Source of the DNA: Antedon mediterranea
Taxonomy: Eukaryota; Animalia; Echinodermata
DNA: 64,000 nucleotides
Direction: 5' to 3'
Assembly (NCBI RefSeq): GCF_964355755.1
Contig: NC_092678.1
Location: forward strand, 6,898,422-6,962,421
The position numbers were made by a program, and so were the translations under genes. Under the pieces are notes generated by a model. The model made no database searches. It had not been told where the DNA came from and saw only the letters and a program-made list of their open reading frames with translations. Position 1 is the first letter of the stretch. The number at the start of each line of letters is the position of its first letter. Positions 62,621 through 64,000 of the stretch are shown one piece after another.

Positions 62621-63821
62621 TTAGGCGTCAAATATTATGCCATTTTGGTTAAATAATTGTCGTTGAAGGACGCATTTATTCGTAACCATTCTTAAATATT
62701 TTTCTTTCTTCATCTCGATAAGTTTCTTATATTCACTCGGCATTTTATGAGAGTTGTTAAATGAAAATCTGGATTTCCCATCATAGTGAAATTTAATTTT
62801 TCGTCCATCAGGTGCAATGCCAAATGGATAAAATCCATACAGTGATATCATATCGCAAAACTGCACGGCAGCAGTGTACAAATACAGGCCGGATGAAATT
62901 TTATCTTTTATGTTCCAGAATCTGGAGAAAAAAAATTGAGATGTTGTAGGCTTAAGCCAAACTACTATACTTTTTCATAATTTTGAGTGGCGCAAGTTTT
63001 CTTAAGGAGACTGGCAAGCTTTCAAATACTAACAACTTAAGAAGGTCTAGGCCTACTAGACCTTCGCTTGAAATGAAATGCCTGCATTTTTAGCTCGACT
63101 TGTCATTCCTATCCTTTCAAATCACTATACGCCTAATGCATTGCATTTAGATACAGTTTTCTCATAAGAGAAAAAATAGTTCTAACTCTGTCAGTAAGCT
63201 AGCCTCATCAGTAAACTACTACCCTGCTAATGTCTGGGCATCATCGTTAGACATTTACCCACACACCAAAATATAGACAACGTCATCTCTTACCTTTGTA
63301 GATTATCCGCTAAACGTGTAAATGGATAAGCAATTGAAATATCCAAGTTTACTGTGTCAAAATAATGAATAAGCTCAAAATGTTTAGTAGTGTGTGGTCT
63401 AGATTCCTTAGAAAACCACAAAATAACATTTTTAAACTCAGCTCTTAATCTTTCCAAATTATACCTTGGATCACAGATACTATTATTTGTAATGCATCTT
63501 TGCAAAAATGCCATTGACTCCTCCTGATTGGCAGAAATTATGTTCGTTTTGTGTCCAACATCATTTACAAATTCTTTTATAGGAGCCATGTTTGATCTCA
63601 TCACAAAGTCATGAGCGTCGATTTCAGAGCCACATCCACTGTTCAGAAGAATTCCCCCATTGCCGACTACTGCGCATGTGCGATGCCGAGAAATTGTCTT
63701 TCCTTTTTTTTGTAGGTATTTGTAAAAATGAGTAGCCTTTCTGAATTGTAGCAAATTCGAATATTTTCCACGTTGAATAAAAGGTATTAAGACACTTGAA
63801 TTGAATTCCTTCGTTTTTTGC
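62621..63821 (-). CDS. ST8Sia-like alpha-2,8-sialyltransferase (GT29), copy C, last two exons (5' exons beyond the window)
   Basis: Exons 63294-63821 (528 nt, in frame) and 62621-62921. Motif L intact; S reads ISSG...[12 protein letters not shown]; HYDG; VS HKMPSEY. Confidence 0.88.
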
Positions 63822-64000
63822 CTGTGAGTAAAGTATAAATATATTATCCTTAGTACATTGTTCTTGGCTATATAATATAACAGATATTGCCTTTTATATC
63901 TTATATTTAACCTCTAAGCAGTCAATATCTGTATAATAACACACTTGAATTGAATTCCTTCGTTTTTTGCCTGTGAGTAAAGTATAAATATATTATCCTT

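Overview
This is AT-rich eukaryotic DNA with spliceosomal introns, not prokaryotic. It is probably a marine invertebrate deuterostome such as an echinoderm (inference from gene and repeat content). Host genes are one single-coding-exon rhodopsin-class GPCR (+, 9391-10434) and a minus-strand tandem array of GT29 ST8Sia-like sialyltransferases. Copy A (34171-36608) has a 1-nt frameshift, copy B (43135-46844) is intact, copy C (62621-63821) runs off the window, and a fourth copy survives as a relic near 62.1 kb. The rest is a dense, often nested transposon landscape resolved by TIRs, TSDs and empty paralogous sites. It includes two APE-RT LINEs with 2A-like motifs (one also with a PHD finger), a Kolobok>P-like>LINE nest, a Helitron, hAT, MULE and Harbinger elements, piggyBac, RTE and Harbinger relics, and a 9-kb EnSpm/CACTA derivative whose subterminal repeats have become satellites. 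The most unusual items are inverted hammerhead-ribozyme arms enclosing an exact copy of nearby host DNA (27871-28132) and a composite 5S+tRNA+CORE SINE with a triplicated head (37991-38291). All family assignments come from motif reading; no searches were run.
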